Below are positions 9,107-19,433 of a DNA stretch of 64,000 nucleotides, one piece after another. Both the position numbers and the translations under genes were made by a program. The stretch is from Thermodesulfobacteriota bacterium (GTDB taxonomy: Bacteria; Desulfobacterota; Desulfobacteria; Desulfobacterales; SURF-7): assembly GCA_049320885.1 (NCBI GenBank), contig JBMORA010000031.1:32001-96000 (forward strand), in the 5' to 3' direction. The notes under the pieces were generated by a model. It ran no database searches and was not told where the DNA came from. It saw only the letters and a program-made list of their open reading frames with translations. Position 1 is the stretch's first letter. Each line of letters begins with the position of its first letter.

Positions 9107-9729
9107 GCTTCCAATGCTCCCGATTCCTGACCGGACTGGATTCTCAAAACAACCGTTTTATTCGCGGGAATCCGGGAACGGATCTCCGGAAGGGCCACCG
9201 GCCGGTCATCCAGCCGCGCCTCCGCCGCCGTCTCCGAAGCGGCGTCCAGGGCATCCAGGATTTCCGGCAGCAGTTTCGGCGGGACATGAACTCCCTGCCG
9301 CAGCACGCGCGGACCGATCTCACTGACAATCAGGTTGAACAGCTTCAGGGTCACCATTCCGGCCCCCCGGCTTTTCCCGGATTGGCCGGCGTGCAGGGAT
9401 ACATTGTCCCGGAATACGGAATAGTTTCCCGAACGCCGGAAAGACGCGCCCACCAGACCGGGCATGGCTGCCGATAAGGCCAGGGTGTCGCCGCCACTGA
9501 GCATGGCGGTTGCCAGGTCGTCCACGGCCCTGCCGTTCAGGAAGATGGTCTGAATCCGGTTCTCCGCATAGGCCGGTTCCAGACGCAGATATCCGTTGAG
9601 GAAATCCCGGATGGACAGCGTTTCCGCTATCGGAATCTGCACCCCCTTGGATAAAAAAGGGTAAAAAATCGAAAAAAACGCCGGTTGTTCCAGCAGGATG
9701 CTCAGGCAGGGAGTTGGGGTTGATTCCAT
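9085..9729 (-). CDS. Hypothetical protein with internal MoaD/ThiS-like segment
   Basis: Likely start MESTPTP at 9729; RIQTIFLNGRAVDD...LSGGDTLALSAAMPG; directly downstream of aor. Confidence 0.65.
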   Translation of the reverse strand: MESTPTPCLSILLEQPAFFSIFYPFLSKGVQIPIAETLSIRDFLNGYLRLEPAYAENRIQTIFLNGRAVDDLATAMLSGGDTLALSAAMPGLVGASFRRSGNYSVFRDNVSLHAGQSGKSRGAGMVTLKLFNLIVSEIGPRVLRQGVHVPPKLLPEILDALDAASETAAEARLDDRPVALPEIRSRIPANKTVVLRIQSGQESGALEACDPPPA

Positions 9730-9768
9730 GACGCCTTCGATGGCAACGGGTGCCGGTTCCTTCAAGTC

Positions 9769-9813
9769 GCACGGGGATCGCCGGGAGCCCCGGAAGGCTC
9801 CCGGCACCCGTGC
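9769..9813. repeat. GC-rich intergenic hairpin downstream of aor
   Basis: GCCGGGAGCC (9780-9789) / GGCTCCCGGC (9796-9805), extended by GCACGGG (9769-9775) / CCCGTGC (9807-9813). Confidence 0.75.
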
Positions 9814-9826
9814 TTCGCTTGGTGTT

Positions 9827-11575
9827 TCAGTCTTTCCGCCAGTTGAAAACCTGATCCAGATCGTTATCCGTCACCTGGAAGACCACATTGTGCGGCGGCA
9901 GGGCTTCGCGCTTGAAATAACCGGGCAGGCGGTCATCCTTGGCGGTGAACCCGGCCCGGCGATTGAAATCCAGCTCCATGGCCAGGATTTTCTTGCCCAG
10001 TTCGGTCACGCCATCCGCGGTCAGGTCCTGGCCGGTAAACGCACCGATGACATCCAGCATGTCCTGGAAGGTTTCAGGCTGATCCAGAATGGCGAAGGCG
10101 ATGAAAAGACAGTACCCGGTGGCGTCGATGGCCGCCGTGGCGATCTGGAGGTTGCGGGAGAGTTCGATCTGGCCGGCGGGTAAAAGCGGATTGACGGTTC
10201 CGCCCACTCCCAAAACGTTGGCGGTAACGGCGTAGCCGGCGGTATGATCGGCCCCCATGGGACTGGTGGCATAGGTGACCCCCACGCCCTGGACAGCCCG
10301 GGGATCGTAGGCCGGCATGGATTGGCCCTTCACGGTGGGAACCCGCTCTATACCGAATACCTTGCCGGTGACCTCGGCGCCGCTCCCCAGGATGCGTCCC
10401 AGGGGCGTCCCCTGCCCCACTTCCCTGACCAGACGGAGTGCGGCCTCGCCATCCCCGAACGCTGCCACACCGGCTTCCATGGCGACTCCGATGGTGGCGC
10501 CCATCTCGATGGTGTCGACGCCGAAATCATCATCCAGCCGATCCAGCTGGGCGATGACGTCCGGATCATCGATGCCGCAGTTGGCGCCGTGGGCCCAGAC
10601 GGTTTCATACTCCGGCTGTTTGGTGAGGAATTTTCCGTTCTTGTCGTGAAAGATTCCGGAGCATTGAATCACGCAACCGCGGTGACAGCCGTGGGTGGGA
10701 TTGCCGCCCCGGGCCTTTTCCAGTTCCGCATAGGTTTCGCCGCTGATTTTTGATGCCCCGCCGAACCTGCCGGTGGTGAAGTTATGGGTGGGGAACGCGC
10801 CGGCCTCGTTGATGATATTGGTCAGAACATTGGTGCCGTAAGCCGGCAGGCCCTGGCCGGTGACCGCATGGCGTTTCAATCCCTGGACAAAGCGTTTGTT
10901 GGCTTCCTTGAATTGATCCGGATTCTTCGGTGACCGCATGGGGCACCCGGCATCATCCAGAACGATGACCTTCACCCCTTTCGATCCCATGACAGCCCCG
11001 GGTCCGCCGCGACCGGCATGCCGCGTGGGCCGGAATTCCATGTCCGTGAAGGCCACGGAGGCCGACGGCAGTTTCATTTCACCGGCGGGACCGATGGAGA
11101 TGCAGGCCACCTTATCGCCATCTTCCGCCTTGATGCGGTCGATGAGATCGTAGTTGCCGAGCCCCTTCAAGCCGCCTTCCGGCATCACCGTTACGCCTTC
11201 CTTGTTGATCTTGATTTTATAAAGGGCGCCCTCGGCGGGTTTCCCCTCCAGAATGATGGCGGCGTATCCCAGCCGGCCCAGGACCTGGGCCGCCTGGCCG
11301 CCGGAATTGGCTTCCTTGATCCCGCCGGTCAGCGGGCTCTTGCAGCCCACGGATATTCGCCCGGACTGGGCGGCGGCGGAACCGCTCAGCAAGCCCGGCG
11401 CGATCACCAGTTTGTTCTCGGCGCTCAACGGGTGGCACAGGGGTGGTACTTCCTTGGCAATGACGGCCGACGTCATTCCGCGTCCGCCCAGACCGGCATA
11501 TTCTCCCAATGGATGGGTGGTTGCCCGGGGACCGCCGGCAGCCCCCATATCGATCCGCAGTATCTTGTCCATCAC
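9827..11575 (-). CDS. aor: Aldehyde:ferredoxin oxidoreductase (tungsten AOR family)
   Basis: KSPLTGGIKEANSGG, IGPAGE, AGRGGPGAVMGSK, CHRGCVIQC, PEYET, PAYDPR, GADH, DDRLP. Confidence 0.95.
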   Translation of the reverse strand: MMDKILRIDMGAAGGPRATTHPLGEYAGLGGRGMTSAVIAKEVPPLCHPLSAENKLVIAPGLLSGSAAAQSGRISVGCKSPLTGGIKEANSGGQAAQVLGRLGYAAIILEGKPAEGALYKIKINKEGVTVMPEGGLKGLGNYDLIDRIKAEDGDKVACISIGPAGEMKLPSASVAFTDMEFRPTRHAGRGGPGAVMGSKGVKVIVLDDAGCPMRSPKNPDQFKEANKRFVQGLKRHAVTGQGLPAYGTNVLTNIINEAGAFPTHNFTTGRFGGASKISGETYAELEKARGGNPTHGCHRGCVIQCSGIFHDKNGKFLTKQPEYETVWAHGANCGIDDPDVIAQLDRLDDDFGVDTIEMGATIGVAMEAGVAAFGDGEAALRLVREVGQGTPLGRILGSGAEVTGKVFGIERVPTVKGQSMPAYDPRAVQGVGVTYATSPMGADHTAGYAVTANVLGVGGTVNPLLPAGQIELSRNLQIATAAIDATGYCLFIAFAILDQPETFQDMLDVIGAFTGQDLTADGVTELGKKILAMELDFNRRAGFTAKDDRLPGYFKREALPPHNVVFQVTDNDLDQVFNWRKD

Positions 11576-12113
11576 CAGCCTCCTTTCCCTGTTGTCAGGA
11601 ATTCCTGTTGCATTGATCCTGTCTGAAACCGGTTATCGAAACGATTCCAAGAAACCATCGTCAATGGTGCTGTTGGGAAAATGAAAACCTCCGGTGCCGT
11701 TCGCGTTCAGCCAAGCAAGCATATCCACAACAAGAGGAAGGCGGATCTGCGTGTCCGGTTAGGGAGGAAAGCATTCGAGCCATCGGTCCGATACAAAATT
11801 CTTGTTTATGACCGCGAGATGGAATCTGAGCTAAGAATCAGAAAGAACTTATAAAAATTCAAGCCTTTTGTCAATTCATATTGTCCACGCCCGTGTCAGG
11901 CTGCTCATCCATAGAAAGTCCTCTGGAATAATAACGCCATCCTCCGACCCAATTCCGCTCATTTCCGTTCCAATTCCAGTGGAAAATAATCGCATTTTTA
12001 TCAGGATAACCTCAAAACTTCTGCTTGACAACTTCGGCCGATATTATCTATTTGAAACCATTCTATTCATGGTCGATATCGACTGGACATCTTGAATATG
12101 GAAGGGATGATGC

Positions 12114-14918
12114 ATGCGTGTTTTCTGGGGTTTTCTTACACTTTTGGTACCTTACCTGATATATCCCGGCCTCGGCAATGCCGCTTTTATTGGTTCCGTG
12201 AGTTCTTCCAAAACCACCGTGTGCCTCGAAAACTGTGACAAGATTGGTACACTAACGATTTCGTTTGATCCCGGCACGATCATTCTGGCCGGCGATTGGA
12301 TTACGCTCGATTTTTCGCTGGGAGTAACCAGTTGCGAAACGGCCAGTTACCTTACCTCGGGTCAGGCATCCGGGAATGTGGTGGTCGAGGCGCCCAATGA
12401 ACTTTTAATCAGATATACGCAGGGATCTTCCAGGACAAGAGTGGATTTCCAGGCCGGGGTGACAATTGGACCCGGCGGGACCTATTCATTCACCCTCGGG
12501 AAACAAGCCGTCAGTATCAATGAACATCAATTCGGCGGAACCACCGTTAATTCATCCATCAATGCCGGCGGAGTCAGCGGCAATAATTTTATGACATTCA
12601 TGCCTCCGAACCCCGAGCGCGCCGACGTCATAAGTTGCGGGATACCCGCGGCATTTGAATGTAGCGTCAGCGCTTCCACGACGAATGTATGCCTTGAAAG
12701 ATGCGATAATACCGGCTCCCTCGCGTTTATCATCGGCCCCGGTACGACAATTCAGCCCGGTGACTGGATCGCGATTGATCTGCCGACAGGTATTACAAAC
12801 TGCCAATCTGTGGATTATGCTGCCACCGGTCAACCGAGCGGAAGCGTCACGATCGTCGGATCGAATGAAATCCGGATCAACGGTTTGCAAGGAGACGGGC
12901 GGCTCACGGCGAGCTTCCAATCCAGTGTATCCGTGAATGCCGGCGGTACCTATTCATTCGGAATCGGCGGATATTCCATTCAAATGGATGCGAACCGATT
13001 TTCCGGCGGGCCGATTCGCGCCGATATCAGCAGCGGCGGAACAAGCGGCTCGAATTTTTTGTCATTCAGCACCACCACGCCCATGTTCGCAATTGCACGA
13101 AAATGCTCGGGTGCGCCCGAAGTGAAAACAGGCGATGTAAGCTCCTCCGGACCGACATTCGCGAATCTGAGCGGAATCATAAATCCGAAAGGGTATGCCA
13201 CAACCTATTATTTCAAGTACTGGTCTGACAACTCAAACGAAACCACCGCTGCACGGACGCTGGATGCCTCCTTTACGACCAATTCCGTATCGGAAGGCAT
13301 CTATAATCTGCTACCGGGTACACTTTATTATTACCAATTATGCGCAGATAACCATGAGGGAAATGCCGCCGGCCTCGTAAAAAATTTCCAGACGGTTTTC
13401 ATTCCCTTGTTCAAGCCGATCAATCCGACCCCGGAGATGCATGCGGAAACCCTTCCCGTAACGACCGGCCTTCAATGGGAAAACGGCGGCGGTGCTACTA
13501 GCTATGATATTTATTTTGGAACATCTCCCGCTTTAACGACAAGCCATTTCGTCGGCAATACAACTTCCACCACCTATTCTCCGACCCACCTGGATTATGG
13601 ACAGACATATTATTGGCGGGTTGATGCACGTGATTCAGAATATGTGGTAATAGGAGACACTTGGTCTTTCTCAACGGAACAAGCATTGTTTTTCGGGCAT
13701 GTCGCCTGTGATCAGTTATGGCAAACGTCGATTTGCATTGTTAACCCCAATGAAACGCGGACGCTGTGCGGCACACTTTTCGCTTATGATCAGCAGGGGC
13801 AACAGGTGGGCGCAAAAGTCATTTCTCTCCCGATCCATGGGCGGAGAGAAATGGAAGTTTCCAAGCAATTTGCCTTCCCGGGGAAAATCCGCTACATGGT
13901 GTATAAGTCGGATTTTGCGGCTAGTGGTTATACAACATTCCTTCAACCCGGAAAATATCGCGCCTCGATCCCTGCCGCCACAAAAATCAACAGCGGGAAT
14001 ATCTACGTCCCGCATGTGACGTCCGATGAAAATTGGTGGACCGGGATCTGTCTCCTGAACACGATGACGACCACGAAAGAGGTAACTATTCAATTTAATA
14101 ACGGCACCGAAAAGCGGATCATACTGGGGGAAAATGCGCAGGCGTCATTTACAATCGAAGATCTGTTTGGAGGAATGCATCAGCCGGACATCCATTCCGC
14201 GATTGTTAAAAACGGGAACGGCCTCGTTGCCCTACAACTGTTCGGCAGCAACTGGGACAGGGGCAGCGATATCTTATGCGGAATGGAATTGGGGGATAAA
14301 AGCGCATCCAATATGTTTTTCCCCCATGTTGTCAGCGATGCCACCTGGTGGACCGGAGTTGTGGCGTATAATCCCAACGATCTGCCGGTCAGCCTGACGA
14401 TTTCGCCCTATACAGATGAGGGCGTATCCTATCCAGTCCAGACAATCCAGCTTGCCGCAAAAGAAAAATACATCGGTGCGGTGGATCAGTTGGCACTTCC
14501 GGTCGACACGGCCTGGCTTCAAATTTCATCCACATATCCGGTTTCGGGTTTTGAGCTGTTCGGTACTCGTGATTGGAATCGGCTTGCCGGATATACCGTG
14601 GTGAACAAATCAGGGAAAAACGGAATTTTTTCTGAAATCAATAAAAAAGGATGGAAACGGATGGCTTTTGTAAATACCCAGCCCAATTCCGCAAACGTGC
14701 GCTTGAATGCCTATAACGACAATGGAGATATGATCGCATCCGAAAGCATCGTAATTGAAGCCTACTCAAAGAGGATTTCTCTGCCCGCCGCTTTATTCAC
14801 GGCAGATATTGCCGGCGCCACCCATATTACCTACACATCAGACCGGGCTGTAGTTGGTTTTCAATTGAACGAATCCGACGACAATTTGCTATTTGACGCC
14901 ATGACATGTCTTCCATAA
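12114..14918 (+). CDS. Large secreted multidomain beta-rich protein (two N-terminal Cys-containing repeats, FN3-like domains, four C-terminal repeats)
   Basis: Signal peptide; duplicated ~150-aa unit; LLPGTLYYYQLCADN and LDYGQTYYWRVDA FN3-like motifs; repeated (F/V)PHV.SD..WWTG motif. Confidence 0.8.
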   Translation: MRVFWGFLTLLVPYLIYPGLGNAAFIGSVSSSKTTVCLENCDKIGTLTISFDPGTIILAGDWITLDFSLGVTSCETASYLTSGQASGNVVVEAPNELLIRYTQGSSRTRVDFQAGVTIGPGGTYSFTLGKQAVSINEHQFGGTTVNSSINAGGVSGNNFMTFMPPNPERADVISCGIPAAFECSVSASTTNVCLERCDNTGSLAFIIGPGTTIQPGDWIAIDLPTGITNCQSVDYAATGQPSGSVTIVGSNEIRINGLQGDGRLTASFQSSVSVNAGGTYSFGIGGYSIQMDANRFSGGPIRADISSGGTSGSNFLSFSTTTPMFAIARKCSGAPEVKTGDVSSSGPTFANLSGIINPKGYATTYYFKYWSDNSNETTAARTLDASFTTNSVSEGIYNLLPGTLYYYQLCADNHEGNAAGLVKNFQTVFIPLFKPINPTPEMHAETLPVTTGLQWENGGGATSYDIYFGTSPALTTSHFVGNTTSTTYSPTHLDYGQTYYWRVDARDSEYVVIGDTWSFSTEQALFFGHVACDQLWQTSICIVNPNETRTLCGTLFAYDQQGQQVGAKVISLPIHGRREMEVSKQFAFPGKIRYMVYKSDFAASGYTTFLQPGKYRASIPAATKINSGNIYVPHVTSDENWWTGICLLNTMTTTKEVTIQFNNGTEKRIILGENAQASFTIEDLFGGMHQPDIHSAIVKNGNGLVALQLFGSNWDRGSDILCGMELGDKSASNMFFPHVVSDATWWTGVVAYNPNDLPVSLTISPYTDEGVSYPVQTIQLAAKEKYIGAVDQLALPVDTAWLQISSTYPVSGFELFGTRDWNRLAGYTVVNKSGKNGIFSEINKKGWKRMAFVNTQPNSANVRLNAYNDNGDMIASESIVIEAYSKRISLPAALFTADIAGATHITYTSDRAVVGFQLNESDDNLLFDAMTCLP

Positions 14919-15117
14919 AACCACTTCAGCATTATCGCATTTCCATGGGTTATAGCGCTGGAATGAACCCGGTTGTATTTCGAGCTGCCAGGTTGAAGCT
15001 TGGCTTCGTCAGACGGGCATTGTCTGATCGTAGTTCTTAAAACATCCGGAATTCAATGCTGGTCTCCCTGGCGTAATTTTCCTATCTGACTATCGCCATT
15101 TCCTGCATACCGATGGA

Positions 15118-15453
15118 TTAATGAAAGTTAAGAATCATGCTGTCATTGGGCACAAACTTCCCATATGGCATTCCCGTATCTTTGGCGACGTAATCCGGCA
15201 CTACAATACCGGAATCAAATTGAGCATAATTGGTAAACGTGCGGCCATCGATCCGTACTTTCATGCCCCTCACGGGGTTTTTCAGCGGGACGACAGCGCT
15301 GGACAGCCGGTATTGATCCTTTAATTCGGAATACCCAAGCTCGCCGGCGCGCTGCCCGATGTCCACCTGCAGGTAATGCCTGGCCCCCTTCGCGATATTG
15401 TCTTTGAATTCTTCATATATATTCGTTAATACATCCTGTAGTTTCCGATTCAT
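15118..15453 (-). CDS. Hypothetical protein (111 aa)
   Basis: Clean ORF preceded by GGAGGAAAG RBS; protein-like composition; no recognised motif. Confidence 0.75.
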   Translation of the reverse strand: MNRKLQDVLTNIYEEFKDNIAKGARHYLQVDIGQRAGELGYSELKDQYRLSSAVVPLKNPVRGMKVRIDGRTFTNYAQFDSGIVVPDYVAKDTGMPYGKFVPNDSMILNFH

Positions 15454-15646
15454 CGCTTTCCTCCCCGAAAAGGTTTTTTCCAGAAAACAGCAGACCGGTT
15501 TTTGGCATTCAAGTAAAAATTAGGACCCTCTCCGGCCTTTGCAATGGGGGCATATGATAAGATTAATGATAGTTAAAAACTACCATTAACAGGGAAGCAT
15601 TGAGAGGATCCACATCCGCCAGGCAGAATAGCCGACCAAATAGCGC

Positions 15647-16807
15647 CTATAGCGGCGAACGAAACGGTTCCGCATATCCGGTCAATTCAACGTATCCATG
15701 ACCGGTCAGCGGCTTCTGTTGCCTTTCGGCAATAACACGGACGCTCCCTTCCCAATAGGTGACGCCTGTACTTTGGTGGGTGGTTAATTCTTGATCATCC
15801 AAATTGGACCGTATTTGGAGCCGCAGTTCTAAATCAGGAATCTCAATTTGCCATTGACTCGGATAAACGGCTTGGGTTGAAGGACTTTTCCATTTCTTGT
15901 CCACCTGGACGTGAACCTGTTTCAATGCTAACGATATTTTCTGCCCCCGGGCGTCAATGAATGTTCCGCCCGAAGCCGGGGAAAACCCGCCGTCCATTTC
16001 TCGAACAAAAAACAACATCAGTTCGGTCTGGTCGTCAAACTGGAGGCTGAACCAGTCCCATCCAATGGCGACGGGATCCAAGGGCGCCGAACTGTATTCA
16101 TGATCCATCCAGGCATTGCCGCTGATGGCATACGAAACGTCATCGATTGTAATGAAACCGTCGGCCTTGAGACGGGTATACGAATAATAACAGGAAGCCC
16201 TCTCAGGTGACCGCCCTTTTCGGCTATAGCCATCATTGCCATGGGCCACGAGGGGTTTCAAGGCTTTCAAATGGATATCCAAGGCAAAGTCGTCGGACCG
16301 GCATTTGAGTCGGTGTTCATCCGTTTTAATGGTTGCCGACCAATTTTTGAGATACACATGAATCTCCTCTTTCCGGGCATCGACACCAGCCAGTTTCAGC
16401 GCCCCCCGGGTCATGAGGTCATCATGGAAAAACCGGTTGCGGCTGATATCTGAAATCGCTGCATGGCCGAAATAAATCTGCGCAAAGCGCCAATTGGAAG
16501 AAGCGTTCACGGTTATTTCCATTTCCTGATTGGTGGAAATCTGGGATCTGAAAAACGTCAATTGGAATCCGAACTGGTTGCCCTTCGCATCAAAAACATT
16601 CCCGGTATAATACCACCATTCGGTCCGATAACCGCTATGTTCGCCGTGGTCATCCGGAAATTGGAAGCCGCAAGGCCCGTCCACTTTAAAATAATCGCCG
16701 TCGTGGCCCGGTTGGGGGATGGCCCGGACAGGAAAAACAGCCCCATAAATGATTGCCAGGGCCATCCATAAGTGATGGATTTTTAGACTAGCCATAAGCC
16801 TTCTCAT
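15647..16807 (-). CDS. Lipocalin-like secreted protein, AttH/CrtC family
   Basis: FPDDHGEH...EWWYYTG, SCYYSYTR, WMDHEYS, GWDWFSL, YWEG, GYVELTGY. Confidence 0.9.
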   Translation of the reverse strand: MRRLMASLKIHHLWMALAIIYGAVFPVRAIPQPGHDGDYFKVDGPCGFQFPDDHGEHSGYRTEWWYYTGNVFDAKGNQFGFQLTFFRSQISTNQEMEITVNASSNWRFAQIYFGHAAISDISRNRFFHDDLMTRGALKLAGVDARKEEIHVYLKNWSATIKTDEHRLKCRSDDFALDIHLKALKPLVAHGNDGYSRKGRSPERASCYYSYTRLKADGFITIDDVSYAISGNAWMDHEYSSAPLDPVAIGWDWFSLQFDDQTELMLFFVREMDGGFSPASGGTFIDARGQKISLALKQVHVQVDKKWKSPSTQAVYPSQWQIEIPDLELRLQIRSNLDDQELTTHQSTGVTYWEGSVRVIAERQQKPLTGHGYVELTGYAEPFRSPL

Positions 16808-19433
16808 TCAAAAGGGTTGCCGGAGGTATGCGATACACCGAACGGATCGCCGGAATTGCGGCAAAAAAAGCCGCCAGGAAGATCAGGGGCAACGACATCC
16901 AGATCATCTTGCCATTAACGCGATATAAGAACGTCCAACCGAAAGATTGGGCATTGATGACATAGATCAATAGAAAGGAAAGGACAACGCCGCATAGAAC
17001 GCCTAAAATTTCCCCTGCGATAACCATGAAAGCGGACTCGCAAAAAATCATTTGGCGGATTTGCCTTGGCGAGGCGCCGATGGCAATCAAGGTGTTCAAT
17101 TCGCGGGCCCTTTCCAAAACCAGAATGGTCATGGTCGTTGCAATGCCAAGCGTTGCCACCAGCAAGGCAATCAGCAGCAAAATGAAAGTGACCGCAAACG
17201 TCTCATCAAAAATGTCAAGGATTCGGTTCCGCAAATCATTTCCCTGAATGACATTCAAGGTACCGTTTGATTGCAACAGCAGCTGTTTTCTCAAATGAAT
17301 AATTTTCTGCTGACGGCCCTGGTCATCGTCACTTGGGGAATCCTTTACAAAAAGACGCACGCCGCTCCATGCAGGAGAAGCCGGCGCTCCCTTTGCACCA
17401 GCTTGACTTTCCAGTACGCTGAAAGAACAAAAAACAACACCGCCCTGGGTTCGGTAGTCCCGGATAATACCCAAAACAGGCAACTGCATCGGGGTTGCAT
17501 TGACCACTGACTGAAAAAGGTGCCCTACCCCCAAACCCGTCCGGGCCGCCATCACTTCGGAGATCAATACGCCCTTGCCATCGGCGGCCAGCCGGTAAGC
17601 GGTTTGGGGATCTCCCTTGACCCACATGAAATTGCCGTATCGGGCAAACTTCAAAAGGTCCGTGGCTTCCAATTGAAATCGGACCCCGCTTTTTCCAGGC
17701 ATCTGGTAGTTGAGATAAAATTTCCTCATCGGTATGGCATCAAAATCCGAATCCGCCTGCCTGATCAACGCAATGGCCGCCATATTCAACAAATCCCGAT
17801 TTTGATTCAGTTCCCCCAGGCGCGGGCTTACAAACAAATCGCCGCTGACGGTCTGATGCACCCACAATCCGACGGTTTGACGAAAACTGTGAATCATAAT
17901 GACCAAAGCCGTAAAAAGAGCTACGGCCGTAATCAAGGCGCCCACCGATACGGCTGTTTGGGTGCCCTTCCCGTGGGTAATATAGCGCAACGCCAGGTTG
18001 CCGGCCGCTCCGAAAAATCGGCCCGCAAGGGGCGCGCTTTTTTTGGATGCATGTTTCAGCAGAAAAGGCGTTATCAGGGCAAAGCCTGCAAACAACAGGA
18101 GCGCCGCTGCATAGCCGGGCAAAGGGAAGCCCGCTATTCCGGGTGAAAATGAGAGGGGCAGGATTGACAACAAACACAACAAGCCCCCCCGCAACCATTT
18201 TCGCAAATCAGAGCGTTGGTCCATGTGATTGACCGGGGAGGAGAACACTTCCCGCGGCTCGACCCCCATGGCCTGTTTTGCAGGCATATAGGCGGCCGTG
18301 ACCGATATCGCCATGGTCATACCGAATGAAACCAACAGCTCCCATGGGCTTAACGACAGGCTCGTCACGTTGACCCGCACGAAAAGGGTGGCAATGGTTT
18401 TGCTGATGCCCGCCACCATGAAGGAGACGGCCGCGAGACTGCCGGGAATGGCAATTGCCCACCCCACCATCCCCAAAAACGCCCCTTCGGCTAAAAAAAG
18501 CCAGAAAATGGTATTGTCCGACGCACCCAATGATCGCAAGATTGCCAATTCCGTACGCCGGGCGGTGGCATTCACCGTAATCAGACTATACACCAGAAAC
18601 ATGCCGACAAACAGGGAGGCAAACCCCAGTACGGATAGATTCAGCTGATAGGCACGGATTAACTGCCGGCCGCTTTGATTGGTATCCGACGGATCGGAAA
18701 GAACCGCATGGGGCGCGATCTGTTTGGTGATGCGGTCGATGTCCAGCGGTTGGACGTCTTTTGCAAAGGCGATGTCGATTGAATCCACCCAACCAGAGAT
18801 ATTGGAAAATTCTTGAAAGGTGGCGATATCGACCAGCGCCATCATGCCCCCTTCCACCAGTGATACATCAGCGCTGGAAAGGATCCCGACAATGATGAAC
18901 TCATTCTTTTTGGCGGCATTGATGAGCGTGAAGGGGGCGTTTACTTCCAATCCATACCGATCCGCCAATTGTCGACTGACAATCAAGGCATGGGGTTTTC
19001 GCATCAGGTCGAACCATGCCCGGGATGCGTCACCGCCGCTGATCGCGGTTGACCAGTGGCGCATGGGCCGGTCCAAAATGGGATCAATTCCCACAAGCAA
19101 AATGGGTTCCTCCTCTTCACCTTCAGGCGAGACGTATGTCTGAAGAAGCGGGGAAACCGTTTCAATTTCAGGTTCGATAAAGAGAGTCCGCACCAGGTGC
19201 TCGGGCACACGCCCGCCGGGATTGATGACAACCTTGTCGGCCTTGCCGGCAATAGCATTCATACCGCGTGTAAAGGCATCCATGGAAGCATGCACCGCCA
19301 ACCGCACGCTGGTGAAGACCGCCGCCCCCATGGCAATCCCCAAGACAACCGCCATCGTCCGGAAACGATGGCGATACATCTGCCGTAAACTGAACCAGAC
19401 AAACAGTCGCAATGAGAAGGTTACGGTTCGCAT
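16788..19433 (-). CDS. ABC transporter permease with duplicated FtsX/MacB domains (AttF/G-like)
   Basis: Two FtsX motifs (RRTELAILRSLGA; ERARELNTLIAIGA), INAQSFGWT. Confidence 0.9.
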   Translation of the reverse strand: MRTVTFSLRLFVWFSLRQMYRHRFRTMAVVLGIAMGAAVFTSVRLAVHASMDAFTRGMNAIAGKADKVVINPGGRVPEHLVRTLFIEPEIETVSPLLQTYVSPEGEEEEPILLVGIDPILDRPMRHWSTAISGGDASRAWFDLMRKPHALIVSRQLADRYGLEVNAPFTLINAAKKNEFIIVGILSSADVSLVEGGMMALVDIATFQEFSNISGWVDSIDIAFAKDVQPLDIDRITKQIAPHAVLSDPSDTNQSGRQLIRAYQLNLSVLGFASLFVGMFLVYSLITVNATARRTELAILRSLGASDNTIFWLFLAEGAFLGMVGWAIAIPGSLAAVSFMVAGISKTIATLFVRVNVTSLSLSPWELLVSFGMTMAISVTAAYMPAKQAMGVEPREVFSSPVNHMDQRSDLRKWLRGGLLCLLSILPLSFSPGIAGFPLPGYAAALLLFAGFALITPFLLKHASKKSAPLAGRFFGAAGNLALRYITHGKGTQTAVSVGALITAVALFTALVIMIHSFRQTVGLWVHQTVSGDLFVSPRLGELNQNRDLLNMAAIALIRQADSDFDAIPMRKFYLNYQMPGKSGVRFQLEATDLLKFARYGNFMWVKGDPQTAYRLAADGKGVLISEVMAARTGLGVGHLFQSVVNATPMQLPVLGIIRDYRTQGGVVFCSFSVLESQAGAKGAPASPAWSGVRLFVKDSPSDDDQGRQQKIIHLRKQLLLQSNGTLNVIQGNDLRNRILDIFDETFAVTFILLLIALLVATLGIATTMTILVLERARELNTLIAIGASPRQIRQMIFCESAFMVIAGEILGVLCGVVLSFLLIYVINAQSFGWTFLYRVNGKMIWMSLPLIFLAAFFAAIPAIRSVYRIPPATLLNEKAYG

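Noticed and set aside
11580..11870. Possible Moco/Tuco riboswitch or moaD upstream of aor
   Set aside because: I could not recognise the conserved RNA elements or a GG-terminated ORF; an Infernal search would be needed.
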